From NCBI GenBank assembly GCA_963724205.1, contig CAVRTK010000004.1, forward strand, positions 303,830-367,829: a stretch of 64,000 nucleotides of DNA, read 5' to 3'. The notes beneath the pieces were generated by a model. That model did not search any database. It was not told the DNA's origin and saw nothing but the letters and a program-made list of their open reading frames with translations. A program made the position numbers and the translations under genes. Shown piece by piece: positions 43,691 to 53,370 of the stretch. The stretch comes from an uncultured Actinomycetes bacterium. Its GTDB lineage: Bacteria; Actinomycetota; Thermoleophilia; Solirubrobacterales; Thermoleophilaceae. Positions within the stretch are counted from its first letter, which is position 1. Each line of letters opens with the position of its first letter.

Positions 43691-44401
43691 ATGGACGTTC
43701 TCGAGCACGCCGGCCAGATCTCCTGGTACCACGCGATGGAGCTGGAGCCCGGGCGCAAGACCGACGCGATGTTCGACCTGGAGCCGTTCGTACACCGCTA
43801 CGGGCTGCCGGAACGGCTCGACGGGCTGCGCTGCCTCGACGTCGGCACCTGGGACGGCTACTGGGCGTTCGAGATGGAGCGCCGAGGCGCGGCCGAGGTG
43901 GTCGCGCTCGACCTGGACGACGAGCGCGAGCTCGACTGGCCCCCGCGCCGGCGCCCGGCCACGTTCAACGAAACGCCCCGCGGCGCGGGCTTCCGGCTGG
44001 CGCACGAGGCCTTCGACTCGAAGGTCGAGCGCGTGGTCCGGTCGATCTACGAGGCGTCGCCCGACGAGCTCGGGAAGTTCGACCTGGTGTTCTGCGGATC
44101 GGTGCTGATCCACCTGCGCGACCAGTTGCTCGCGCTCGAGCGGATCGCCGGGCTGTGCCGCGGCACGTTCATATCGGCCGAGGCCTACGACCCGCTCACC
44201 CGCCTGCTGCCGATCGCCGTGTCGCGCTATCGCGCCGACGTCGACGAGGACGTGGTCTTCTGGCGGCCCAACCCGCGCGCCTGGCGCCGGATGCTGTGGA
44301 CCGCGGGATTCGACCGGGTGGAGCGCCACGGGATGTTCAAGCTGCAGGCGGCCGCGGGCTGGTCGGTCCCCCACGTCGTCCATCACGCCCACACGAACTG
44401 A
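43691..44401 (+). CDS. class I SAM-dependent methyltransferase
   Basis: LRCLDVGTWDGYWAFEM (motif I); KFDLVFCGSVLIHLRDQLLALERIAG. Intact ORF. The start is taken at MDVLEHAGQISWYH. Confidence 0.7.
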   Translation: MDVLEHAGQISWYHAMELEPGRKTDAMFDLEPFVHRYGLPERLDGLRCLDVGTWDGYWAFEMERRGAAEVVALDLDDERELDWPPRRRPATFNETPRGAGFRLAHEAFDSKVERVVRSIYEASPDELGKFDLVFCGSVLIHLRDQLLALERIAGLCRGTFISAEAYDPLTRLLPIAVSRYRADVDEDVVFWRPNPRAWRRMLWTAGFDRVERHGMFKLQAAAGWSVPHVVHHAHTN

Positions 44402-44404
44402 CCG

Positions 44405-44814
44405 ATGCCCGTGGACGCCGGGGCCGCCGCTCTCCAGATCCGCGTCGCCCGGCCGACCGACCGCCTGGACGAGGTGCGGCGCTTCTACTGCGACGGCCTG
44501 GGGCTGGACGAGCTCGGCTCGTTCGACGACCACGACGGCTACTCGGGCGTGTTCATCGGGCTCCCTGGCACGGACCTGCACCTGGAGTTCACTTCCCACA
44601 CCGACGGGTCCCCGTGCCCGGCGCCCACCGCCGACAACCTGCTGGTCTTCTACGTCGGGTCGGTGGAGGCGCGCGACGGACTGGTCGCCCAGCTCGCCGG
44701 CATGGGCGTTACCACGTGCCGCCGGAGAACCCGTACTGGGAGTCGGTGTCTGCGCTGACGTTCGAGGACCCGGACGGCTGGCGGGTCGTGCTCGTGCCGA
44801 ACGCGGGGATCTAG
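44405..44814 (+). CDS. VOC (glyoxalase/bleomycin-resistance) family protein, C-terminal frameshift about 44710
   Basis: LQIRVARPTDRLDEVRRFYCDGLGLDELGSF...HLEF. The C-terminus ...FEDPDGWRVVLVPNAGI* is in a second frame. Confidence 0.65.
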
Positions 44815-44817
44815 GGC

Positions 44818-45675
44818 CTAGGCGTCCACGGGCGCTGGCGCTCGCGTCCCCGCGACGGCGCCGGCGACGGCGGCGGTGACCAGCGCGATTCCCGCCAGCT
44901 CGCGGGCGCCCAGCGACTGGTCGAGCACCAGGAAGCCGGCCAGCGAGGCGACCGCCGGCTCGAGCGACAGGAGCACGCCGAAGACGTGCTCGGGCAGCAG
45001 CCGCAGCGCCTCGAACTCGGCCGAGTACGGGATCGCCGACGACAGCACCGCCACCGCGAAGCCGATCAGGAGGACCTCCGGGTCGAGCAGCGCGTCGCCC
45101 GCCGTGGGTATGCCCACCGGCATCAGCATCACGGCCGCGATGCACATCGCAAGCGCCAGGCCGTCGCCGCGGTCGAAGGCACGGCCGGTCCGCGCGCTCA
45201 GCAGGATGTAGGCGGCCCAGCAGCCACCGGCCATGAGCGCGAACAGCACGCCCAGCGGGTCGAGGTCGCTCGTGCCGGGCGCCGAGATCAGCAGGATCCC
45301 CACCGCCGCGAACGCGACCCAGAGCAGGTCGACCGGCCGCCGCGACCCGAAGATCGCGATGGCGAGCGGGCCGACGAACTCGAACGTCACGGTCAGCCCG
45401 AGCGGGATGCGCTGGATGGCCTCGTAGAAGCACAGGTTCATCACGGCGAGCGACAGTCCGAACGCGGCGACCAGCAGCCAGTCGTCGCGCGAGTGCCCGC
45501 GGACCGGCGGCCGCCACAGCGCCGCCAGCAGGACCGCCGCGAACAGCACGCGAAGGAACACCGTGCCCGCCGGCCCGGCTTCGTCGAACAGCGTCTTGGC
45601 CAGCGCGGCGCCGAACTGCACGGACCCGACGGCGACGAGTACCAGGAGGAGCGCGCGCGGCGACGAGTCCCTCAT
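44818..45675 (-). CDS. EamA/DMT-family transporter
   Basis: Ten hydrophobic helices with the EamA pattern (ALAKTLFDE...; FEFVGPLAIAIFGS; IPYSAEFEALRLL). The ORF starts at MRDSSPRALLLVLVAVGSVQF; the upstream part of the ORF-track frame is Arg-rich junk. Confidence 0.75.
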   Translation of the reverse strand: MRDSSPRALLLVLVAVGSVQFGAALAKTLFDEAGPAGTVFLRVLFAAVLLAALWRPPVRGHSRDDWLLVAAFGLSLAVMNLCFYEAIQRIPLGLTVTFEFVGPLAIAIFGSRRPVDLLWVAFAAVGILLISAPGTSDLDPLGVLFALMAGGCWAAYILLSARTGRAFDRGDGLALAMCIAAVMLMPVGIPTAGDALLDPEVLLIGFAVAVLSSAIPYSAEFEALRLLPEHVFGVLLSLEPAVASLAGFLVLDQSLGARELAGIALVTAAVAGAVAGTRAPAPVDA

Positions 45676-46843
45676 CGTCGCTCCGCCTCCGCGATCCAGC
45701 CGGCCAGCCGGGCCGCCTCCCGGGCGGCGTCGCAGTGCTCGGCCACGTGGGCCCGACCGGCGCGCCCCATCGCCGCGCGCTCGGCCGCCGGCAGCGCCAG
45801 CAGCTCGTCGATCGCGATCGCCAGCGCGGCGGCGTCGCCCGGCGGGACCAGCCGCCCCCACTCGGGCCGGACGACCTCGGGCAGCCCCACCTCGTCGGAG
45901 GCGACGACCGGCACCTCCATCGCCAGCGCCTCCTTGACCACCACCGGCATCGTGTCGCGGTCGCCGTCGGCGGCGACGACGCACGGCAGCGGCCAGCAGG
46001 TCCGCCTGCTCCAGCAGGCCCCGCACGTCGCGCGGCGCGAGCTCGCCGGGGAACTCGGCGACGCCGCCCAGGCCGGCGTCGCGCGGCCTGGCTCTCGAGC
46101 TCGGCGCGCAGCGGCCCGTCGCCGGCGATCACCAGCCGGTCGAGCCGCACGCGGGCCGCCGCGTCGATCAGGTGCCGGAGCCCCTTCTTCTCCACCAGGC
46201 GGGCGATCGCGACCACCGTTCGCCCGCCCGGGTAGGGCGACGCACGCTGGAACGCCGCCGGGTCGACGCCCATCACCAGCGTGCGCGCCTCGACGCCGAA
46301 CCGCTCGCGCAGGTAGCGGGCGCTGTACTCGCACGCGGTCGCGGCGAACGCCGCGTGCTCGTGCTTCTCGCGCAGGTTGGCCGGCGCCGCGAAGACGTCG
46401 TAGCCGTGGGTCATCACGCTGTACGGCCGGCCCAGCAGCGCGCCGATCCGCATCGCGTCGAGCGCCGCGCCACCGGCGAAGTGCGCGTGCAGGTGCCCGC
46501 TCCCGTCGCGGGCGGCGCGCCGCACCGCGGGCGCGAGCGTGCGCAGGCGGCGCACCCCCTCCTCCCGCCTCCAGCGGCGCTGTCCGGCGACGTCGCGCGC
46601 GACGCCGAGCGGATGGCGGGCGGCGAGCCACGCCAGCGCACGGACACGGCGGCCGAGGGAGTCGTCGCTCCGGTAGGCGACCGGGATCCCCGCCGGGACG
46701 TCGGGGTTGGGCCGGGCGGCGCGGCGGAACGACTCGACGCGGACGTCGAGCCCGAGCCTGCGCAGCGCGTCGGCCTCGTTCGCGACGAACGTCTCCGATA
46801 CCTCGGGGAACGACTCGACGACCTCCGTCACCCGCGTGCTCAT
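45672..46843 (-). CDS. glycosyltransferase family 4 (GT-B, retaining), frameshift about 46000–46080
   Basis: N-terminus MSTRVTEVVESFPEVSETFVANEADALRRLGLDV...HLHAHFAG... and C-terminus ...EALAMEVPVVASDEVGLPEVV (the EX7E region) are in two frames. Confidence 0.75.
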
Positions 46844-46865
46844 GCCGGGCCGCCGCGAGCGGCGG

Positions 46866-47840
46866 TCACAGCATGACCGTCCGGTAGCGGACGCTGCCGG
46901 CGATCATCGCGGCGAGCTCCGAGGCGTCGACCGCGACCGTGCCGGGCAGCTCCGCGACCGCCCGCAGGCGCCCGATCCCCCGGGCTCGGCGATCGGGCAG
47001 CGCGTAGAGCACGTAGGGCGCCGTCCACAGGAGCGCAGCGGGCTGGCGGCGGGTCAGCGCGAGCCCGGCGAGCGCGAACAGCATCCACATGTGGCGGTGC
47101 TGCCAGAACACCCTCCGGTGCAGGTGCGCCCGCTGCTCGGGATGGCGCTTGACCACCTTCGGCAACGTCTGCCAGCGGGCGTTGAACCTGATGGCCTCGA
47201 GCAGCGAGAACTCGTCGCAGGCGTGGTAGACGAGCGCGCCCGGCTCCCCGGTGTACCCGTAGCCGGCCTTCTCCGCGCGCAGCTTCAGGTCCAGGTCCTC
47301 TCCCGCGCCGGTGATCGACTCGTCGAAGCCGTTCACCTCCTCGAGCGCGGCGCGCGGGTAGAGGATGTTGCAGGTCTGCGCGTGCGGGCCGGGCGGGTCG
47401 TCCTCGTCGATCGACCGCGCGCGCGGCGATCGCATCAGGACGTCGGCCTCGAGCGGGTCGGGCTTGGTCCGCCCCTGGACGATCGACCGCGGGTGGCGCC
47501 GGGCGGCGGCCAGCAGCGTCTCGAGCCAGGCGGGCTCGGGTCGCGTGTCGTCGTCGGTGAACGCGATCGTGGCCGCCCGCGCCGCGCGCCACGCGGTGTT
47601 GCGCTGGCGCGATGCGGTGCCGGTGCCGGGCTCAAGGTGCAGATGGCGCAGGACACCGGCCCTCGCCAGCTCGTGCTCGCGCAGAACGCGCTCGGTGTCG
47701 TCGGTCGAGTCGTGGACGACGACCAGCTCCCAGCGCTCGCGGGCCAGGGTCTGCGCCGCGAGCGCGTCGAGCAGCCGCTCCAGCCGCCACGCGCGCTCGT
47801 GCGAGGGGACGACGACCGATATCTCGGGCTGCCCAGCCAT
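46866..47840 (-). CDS. glycosyltransferase family 2 with C-terminal hydrophobic region (polyprenyl-phosphate sugar transferase-like)
   Basis: Intact 324 aa. ISVVVPSHERAWRLERLLDALAAQT...ELVVVHDSTDDT...TDDDTRPEPAWL (DXD). C-terminal helices HMWMLFALAGLALT / LLWTAPYVLYAL. Confidence 0.8.
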   Translation of the reverse strand: MAGQPEISVVVPSHERAWRLERLLDALAAQTLARERWELVVVHDSTDDTERVLREHELARAGVLRHLHLEPGTGTASRQRNTAWRAARAATIAFTDDDTRPEPAWLETLLAAARRHPRSIVQGRTKPDPLEADVLMRSPRARSIDEDDPPGPHAQTCNILYPRAALEEVNGFDESITGAGEDLDLKLRAEKAGYGYTGEPGALVYHACDEFSLLEAIRFNARWQTLPKVVKRHPEQRAHLHRRVFWQHRHMWMLFALAGLALTRRQPAALLWTAPYVLYALPDRRARGIGRLRAVAELPGTVAVDASELAAMIAGSVRYRTVML

Positions 47841-47860
47841 GCGGCGGGCAGGCTAACCGC

Positions 47861-48481
47861 CTAGCGGCGCCGCGCGTTCAGCTCGGCGAACGCGTCCTCG
47901 AGCGTCAGGTCGCGCGCGGCCATGAGGACGCTCAGGTGGTAGAGGACGTCGGCCGCCTCGGAGGCGACGCGCTCGTCGGTCTCCTCGCGCGCGGCGCGGG
48001 CGACCTCCTCGGCCTCCTCCTCGACCTTCTGGCCGATGAACGGCGGGTCGGCCAGCAGCCTGGCGGTGTACGAGCCGCCGTCGGCCGCCGCCCCCCGCCG
48101 CTCGGCGATCGTGCGCTCCAGCGCGGGCAGCGCCTCGTGCGGCGCGGTCGCCTGCGTGTCGCCGTTGTGGAAGCAGGTGCGCTCGCCGGTGTGGCACGCC
48201 GGCCCCGCGGGCTCGACGAGCGCGAGCAGCGCGTCGGAGTCGCAGTCGTAGCGGAGCGCGCGCACGGCCAGCGTGTTGCCGGACGTCGCGCCCTTGTGCC
48301 ACAGCTCGGCGCGCGAGCGCGACCAGAACCAGGCCTGGCCCGACTCGATCGTCCGGCCCAGGCTGTCCGCGTTCATGTAGGCCAGCGTCAGGACCTCGCC
48401 CGTGCGCCAGTCCTGGACGACGCACGGCGCCAGGCCCTGATCGTCCCAGGCGATCTGGGCGGGATCGACGCTCGTTTCCAT
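47861..48481 (-). CDS. hisIE: bifunctional phosphoribosyl-AMP cyclohydrolase / phosphoribosyl-ATP pyrophosphatase
   Basis: Intact 206 aa. The HisI region ([22 protein letters not shown]...[19 protein letters not shown]...CDSDALL) is fused to a HisE-like C-terminus (SYTARLL...[11 protein letters not shown]...[11 protein letters not shown]). Confidence 0.85.
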   Translation of the reverse strand: METSVDPAQIAWDDQGLAPCVVQDWRTGEVLTLAYMNADSLGRTIESGQAWFWSRSRAELWHKGATSGNTLAVRALRYDCDSDALLALVEPAGPACHTGERTCFHNGDTQATAPHEALPALERTIAERRGAAADGGSYTARLLADPPFIGQKVEEEAEEVARAAREETDERVASEAADVLYHLSVLMAARDLTLEDAFAELNARRR

Positions 48482-48525
48482 CCGGGCGATTCTAGGAAGC
48501 GCCCACCCAGATACTGTCCGCGACC

Positions 48526-49944
48526 GTGGACTCGCAAGAACTGGCCTTCGCGGGCGCGGCGCGGCAGGCCGAGCTCATCCGATCGGGCGACGTGTCCCCG
48601 CGTGAGCTCGTCGACCTGTGCCTGGACCGGATCGAGCGGCTCGATCCGCACCTCAACGCCTTCCGCGTCGTCTGGCCCGAGCGGGCCCGCGCCGAGGCCG
48701 ACCAGGCCACCTCCCGCGTGCGGGCCGGCGAGGACCGGCCGCTGCTCGGCGTCCCGGTCGCGATCAAGGACAACGTCGACATGGCCGGCGAGGTCACGAC
48801 GCACGGCACCGGCGCGTTCGTCACGCCCGCGGCCGAGGACTCGGAGGTCGTGCGGCGGCTGCGCGCCGCGGGTGCCGTGCTGATCGGCAAGACACTGCTG
48901 CCGGAGTTCGCGCTGTGGCCGAGCACGCAGTCGGCCACCTGGGGCGCGACCGTCAACCCCTGGAACGCGGACTACGGCCCCTGCGGGTCGAGCGGCGGGG
49001 CGGGCAGCGCGGTCGCGGCGGGCATGGTCGGCATCGCGCACGCCTCGGACGGCGGCGGGTCGATCCGCTCGCCGGCGTCGGCCTGCGGGCTGTTCGGGCT
49101 GAAGCCGCAGCGCGGGCGCGTGTCGCTCCTGCCCGACCTGGAGCACTGGATGGGGCTCTCGGTCTACGGCTGCGTGTCGCGCACGGTGGCCGACACCGCG
49201 CTCTACCTCGACGCCGTCGCCGGCCCGGTCGCCGGCGGCCGCGGCGAGGCGTCGCCGCCCGCGCCGTCGCGCTCGTTCGCCGAGGCCGCCGCGCTGTCCC
49301 CCGGCCGACTGCGCATCGCGGTGTCGACGCGCACGTCGAACCCACAGGAGAAGGTCGACCCGCAGGTGCAGCGTGCGCTCGACCAGACCGCCGACCTGCT
49401 GCGCACGCTGGGGCACGACGTGCGCGAGGCGGACCCCGACTTCGGGCCGCTGCCGCTGCTCGCGCTGTTCGGGCCGCGCTACGTGCGCGGGGCGAAGGAC
49501 GACATCGACAAGGCGGAGCGCCCGGAGATGCTCGAGCGCCGCGTGCGCGGGGTCGGGCGCCTCGGCGCGCTGACGCCGGACGCGGTGCTGGCGAAGGTAC
49601 GGGCCGACGCCAAGCCCTGGACGGCCCAGGTGCAGCGGCTCTGGGAGGACCACGACGTCCTGCTCCAGCCGACGATGCCGCGGCTGCCGAACCGCCTGAA
49701 CGAGCAGGAGGGCCTGGGCACGGCGCGGATGCTCCTGACCAGCGGGCGCTTCGTCGCCTACACCGCGCCCTGGAACATCACGGGTCAGCCGGCGGCGTCG
49801 GTGCCCGCGGGCTGGAGCGACGAGGGGCTGCCGATCGGCGTGCAGATCGTCGGGCGCCCCAACGACGAGGCGACGCTGCTGTCGCTGGCGGCACAGGTGG
49901 AGCGGGAGCGGCCGTGGGCGGACCGGCTGCCGCCGAGCGCCTGA
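48526..49944 (+). CDS. amidase-signature family amidase
   Basis: Intact 472 aa. GVPVAIKDN; [33 protein letters not shown] (amidase signature with the Ser-cisSer-Lys triad context). Confidence 0.85.
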   Translation: MDSQELAFAGAARQAELIRSGDVSPRELVDLCLDRIERLDPHLNAFRVVWPERARAEADQATSRVRAGEDRPLLGVPVAIKDNVDMAGEVTTHGTGAFVTPAAEDSEVVRRLRAAGAVLIGKTLLPEFALWPSTQSATWGATVNPWNADYGPCGSSGGAGSAVAAGMVGIAHASDGGGSIRSPASACGLFGLKPQRGRVSLLPDLEHWMGLSVYGCVSRTVADTALYLDAVAGPVAGGRGEASPPAPSRSFAEAAALSPGRLRIAVSTRTSNPQEKVDPQVQRALDQTADLLRTLGHDVREADPDFGPLPLLALFGPRYVRGAKDDIDKAERPEMLERRVRGVGRLGALTPDAVLAKVRADAKPWTAQVQRLWEDHDVLLQPTMPRLPNRLNEQEGLGTARMLLTSGRFVAYTAPWNITGQPAASVPAGWSDEGLPIGVQIVGRPNDEATLLSLAAQVERERPWADRLPPSA

Positions 49945-49968
49945 GCTCACCGACCTAGACTTCGGGTC

Positions 49969-50388
49969 GTGTTCCCAGACCTGAGCTTGGTCCCCCAGGA
50001 CGGCCGCGCGTTCGCGGTATTCGGCCTTGAGTCCGAGCGCCGCGGCGCACTGGCCGATGCGCTCTCCTGGCGGATCACGAGCCGCTTTCAGGCCGACTCG
50101 CTCGAAGCCGACACCGTGCTCGAGCTGCGGGCGGCGGGCGCTCTGGCCGACCGCCTGGACGAGCATCGGGACGTCGAGGGCCTGGCCTCGGTACGGGTCA
50201 ACGCCGACCAGGTTCGGATGCTGATCGAGGCCGTCGTCGCCTACCTGTCCGAGCGCGACCCCGACAGCTACCAGCCGCCGGAGCAGCGCGCCCGGCTGGA
50301 CAAGCTGAACACGCTGGTCGACCCGCTGTTCGACCTGGCCTTCGAGCTGGACAAGGCCGACAAGGTCCTCGGCGGGTCCGCCTTCTGA
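49969..50388 (+). CDS. hypothetical protein (139 aa)
   Basis: Intact, non-repetitive acidic protein; no recognisable domain. Confidence 0.4.
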   Translation: MFPDLSLVPQDGRAFAVFGLESERRGALADALSWRITSRFQADSLEADTVLELRAAGALADRLDEHRDVEGLASVRVNADQVRMLIEAVVAYLSERDPDSYQPPEQRARLDKLNTLVDPLFDLAFELDKADKVLGGSAF

Positions 50389-50413
50389 GCGCCGCGCGCA
50401 TACGATCCCGCGC

Positions 50414-50729
50414 GTGAGCGTCGTCAAGATCAACGCGATCACCGTGCCGCGCGAGCGCTTCGACGAGTTCGCCGAGCGCTTCGCCAACCGGGCCGGGCGA
50501 GGTGTCGAGCGCCGAGGGCTTCGAGGCGTTCGAGCTGCTGCGCCCCAACGACGACCGCGAGGTCTGCCTCGTCGTCACCCGCTGGCGGTCGGAGGAGGAC
50601 TTCCAGGCCTGGGTGTCCGGGCCCGACTTCGCCGCCGGGCACTCGCAGCACCGGGCGGGCGGCCCGGTCGGCACCTCCAGCGAGCTGTGGTCGTTCGACG
50701 TCCTCGAGCTCGAGGGCCCGGCCGGCTGA
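50414..50729 (+). CDS. antibiotic-biosynthesis-monooxygenase (ABM) domain protein, frameshift about 50500
   Basis: MSVVKINAITVPRERFDEFAERFANRAGEV...GFEAFELLRPNDDREVCLVVTRWRSEEDFQAWVSGPDF, read across two frames. Confidence 0.6.
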
Positions 50730-50769
50730 GCGCCGATGGCCGACGAGTACGAGCCGCGTCCTCGACCAC

Positions 50770-51127
50770 ATGACGATCCGCGTGCGCGACATGGCCGCGT
50801 CGCGGGCGTTCTACGCCGCCGCGCTCGCGCCGCTCGGGTTCGGGATAGTCGCCGACTACGGCGGCGACCAGGGGATCGCGTTCGGCCCGCCGGGCCAGGA
50901 CGATTTCGCGATCGCCCCCGCGGGCGACGACGCCCAGCGGGCCGCTGCACCTGGCCTTCTTCGCCCCCGACCGGGCGGCGGTCGGCGACTTCCACGTGTT
51001 CGGCATGACCGCGGGCGGCCGCGACAACGGCCCGCCCGGCCTGCGGCCGCACTACCACGAGAGCTACTACGCGGCCTACCTGCTCGATCCCGACGGGAAC
51101 AACGTCGAGGCCGTGTACCACGGCTAA
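50770..51127 (+). CDS. VOC/glyoxalase-family protein, frameshift about 50945
   Basis: MTIRVRDMAASRAFYAAALAPLGF...HLAFFAPDRAAVGDFHVFGMTAGGRDNGPPGLRPHYHESYYAAYLLDPDGNNVEAVYHG. Confidence 0.6.
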
Positions 51128-51161
51128 CGGCCTACCCACCCTCCGGTCGATACCCGCCGGG

Positions 51162-51469
51162 ATGCCCGCGCTGCCGCGTCCTCCTGTCTGGCTAGCCGTC
51201 CTGCTGGCGCCCGCCGCCGTCGACGCGATCGCGATCGTGCTCACGGTCGCGCTGGCGCTGTCGCTGGGCCGCGACCCGAACCTGGAGACGACGTTCGCGC
51301 TCGTCCCCGATGCCCGATGGCGCGGATCCTGCTGGGGCTGGCGGACTCCTACTCGCTGACCGGCTTGCGGCGGCTCGCGGCGCTGTCGCGGGGATCCTGG
51401 CCTCGGTCGGCTGGTGGGTCCTGGGGCTGCTCGCGGCCGCCTGGGTCGCGGCGCTGTCCGCGAGCTAGC
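51162..51469 (+). CDS. small membrane protein, hypothetical, frameshifted
   Basis: MPALPRPPVWLAVLLAPAAVDAIAIVLTVALALSLG... then a second hydrophobic stretch in another frame. Weak. Confidence 0.25.
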
Positions 51470-51689
51470 CCGCTACTCCTCGCCGAGTCGTAGATCTTCC
51501 GTGCTCGTAGCTTCTCCGTTCCAGAACTCGCCGGAGCGACGGCCACTCGCGGGACGGCAGTCGAACCGGGTGCGATCGTAGCGCGGACCGGCGCGCAACC
51601 GCGTGATCGGTCTACCGCGCACTGCCCGGACGCGGTGCGTCACCGCCTGTCTACGAGCGCGTGCTCGGGGCGTCGCACGCCCGCACGCG

Positions 51690-52070
51690 TGAACCCTCCT
51701 CCGGAGCTGGCTGTGTGGCAGCGGATCGAGGACCCGCGCGAGCGCATCGACGTGGCCCGTCCTCCCGCAGCTCTACGACTACTTCCGCCGCACCGAGGCC
51801 GGCTGGGCCAACCTCCTTCGCGACGCCGAGATCGAACCGCTCGTCAAGGAGATGGTCGAAAAGAGGCGGATGGCCTACCTGCGCGAGGCGCGCAACGTAC
51901 TGCTCAAGGGCTGGCCCGCACCGAGGACCCGGCGACCGCTGCTACGTGCCGTCCTGGGCCTGGCCGTCGACTTCCGGACGTGGCAGACGCTGGTCCGGCG
52001 CGAGGACCTCGACGACCGGACCGCCGTGACGTTGATGGTTCGCCTGGTCACGGCCGTCGGCAAGCACTAG
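51690..52070 (+). CDS. hypothetical protein, frameshifted; start uncertain
   Basis: The 3' part (EIEPLVKEMVEKRRMAYLREARNVLLKGWPAP...RTAVTLMVRLVTAVGKH*) is protein-like. The upstream part is in two other frames. Confidence 0.3.
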
Positions 52071-52091
52071 GGGCCGACCGCCCCTCGTCGG

Positions 52092-52976
52092 TCAGTCGAT
52101 CCCGAGGCGGTCGAGCAGGCCCTCGTCCGCGCGCCAGCCCTTGCGGACGCGGACGCTCAGGTCCAGGTGCACGCGCCGGCCGGTCAGCTTCTCGATCTCC
52201 TGACGGGCGGCCGTGCCGATCGCGTGCACCATCTGGCCGCGCTTGCCGATCAGGATGCCCTTCTGCGACTCGGTCTCCGCCCACAGGCGCGCGACCACGA
52301 GCAGCAGCCCGTCGTCGCGCTCCTCGACCTCGTCGACCTCGACCTCGACGGCGTGCGGCAGCTCCTCGCGGGTCCGCATCAGCACCTGCTCGCGCACCAG
52401 CTCGGCCAGCCGGACCTCCTCCGACATGTCGGTGCGCTCCTCGGGCGGGTACAGGTACTCGCCCTCGGGCATGCGCGACGTCAACTCGTCGACGATCTCG
52501 GCGACCCCGGCGCCGCGCAGCGCGCTGACGGGGTAGATCTCGGCGTCCAGGTCGAGCTCCGCCGCCTGCTGGAGCACCTCGACCGTGCGCGCGGTGTCGA
52601 GCAGGTCGACCTTGTTCAGCGCGATGACGGCAGGCACGCCGGCGTTGCGGATCGCAGCGGCGATGAAGCGGTCGCCGGGCCCGACGCCCTGCTGGCCGTT
52701 CAGGACGAACAGCGCGGCGTCGGACTCGCCCAGCTCGCGCTCCATGCGACGTTGCATCCGCTCGGTCAGCGGGTCGCGCGGGCGCTGAACGCCGGGCAGG
52801 TCGACGATCACCAGCTGGTGGTCGTCGGTGGTCGCGATGCCGCGGATGGCGCGCCGGGTCGTCTGCGGGCGGTTCGAGACGATCGCGACCTTCTCCCCCA
52901 CGATCGCGTTCAGGAGCGTCGACTTGCCGACGTTCGGGCGGCCCGCGAGCGCGACGAAGCCGGACCGGACGCTCAC
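52092..52976 (-). CDS. era: GTPase Era
   Basis: GFVALAGRPNVGKSTLLNAIVG (G1); DLPGV (G3); NKVD (G4); C-terminal KH domain (GILIGKRGQMVHAIGTAARQEIEKL). Probable GTG start overlapping the ybeY 3' end. Confidence 0.85.
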   Translation of the reverse strand: MSVRSGFVALAGRPNVGKSTLLNAIVGEKVAIVSNRPQTTRRAIRGIATTDDHQLVIVDLPGVQRPRDPLTERMQRRMERELGESDAALFVLNGQQGVGPGDRFIAAAIRNAGVPAVIALNKVDLLDTARTVEVLQQAAELDLDAEIYPVSALRGAGVAEIVDELTSRMPEGEYLYPPEERTDMSEEVRLAELVREQVLMRTREELPHAVEVEVDEVEERDDGLLLVVARLWAETESQKGILIGKRGQMVHAIGTAARQEIEKLTGRRVHLDLSVRVRKGWRADEGLLDRLGID

Positions 52977-53365
52977 CCGAGCTCCTCCATCACGCGGTCC
53001 TGTAGGGCGAGCATCTCGCCGTCGTCGGTCTCGTGGTCGTAGCCGCACAGGTGCAGGACGCCGTGGACGACCGCCTCGTCCAGGCGCTCGGTGTGCTCGG
53101 GGCAGATGACGACGTCGCCGAGCTCGCGGGGGCCGGGCGCCGGGCCGGTCTCGTCGATCGGGAACGACAGGACGTCGGTCGGAGCGTCCCGGCCGCGGTG
53201 CTCGGCGTTCAGCCGCCGGATGGCGTCCTCGTCCACGAAGTCGACCGCCAGATGGCCGTCGCGCACGCCCGCGGCGGCGAGCGCGGCGCGGGCTGCTCGC
53301 TCGAAGCGCTCCGGGTCGGTGCCGTTCAGGCGACCGCCGTCGTTGATCTCGATCTCGAGCGACAC
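52973..53365 (-). CDS. ybeY: rRNA maturation endoribonuclease YbeY
   Basis: Intact 130 aa. HGVLHLCGYDHE is the YbeY zinc-binding HxxxHxxxxxH motif. Confidence 0.85.
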   Translation of the reverse strand: MSLEIEINDGGRLNGTDPERFERAARAALAAAGVRDGHLAVDFVDEDAIRRLNAEHRGRDAPTDVLSFPIDETGPAPGPRELGDVVICPEHTERLDEAVVHGVLHLCGYDHETDDGEMLALQDRVMEELG

Positions 53366-53370
53366 GCCGC

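Noticed and set aside
41767-43758. 663-aa minus-strand ORF
   Set aside because: It is antisense to the intact Wzx-like flippase. The translation is Arg/Gly/Pro-rich with no hydrophobic periodicity or motifs, so it is a GC-artefact ORF.
43676-46843. 1055-aa giant minus-strand ORF
   Set aside because: Only its first ~390 codons (GT4 N-terminus, 45672–46843) are real. The remainder reads out of frame across the EamA transporter and VOC genes and antisense to the methyltransferase at 43691, so it is not a single gene.
51540-51640. Possible tRNA or tmRNA fragment (GTCGAACCGGG T-loop-like motif)
   Set aside because: I could not fold acceptor, D, anticodon and T arms consistently on either strand, and there is no CCA or adjacent integrase.
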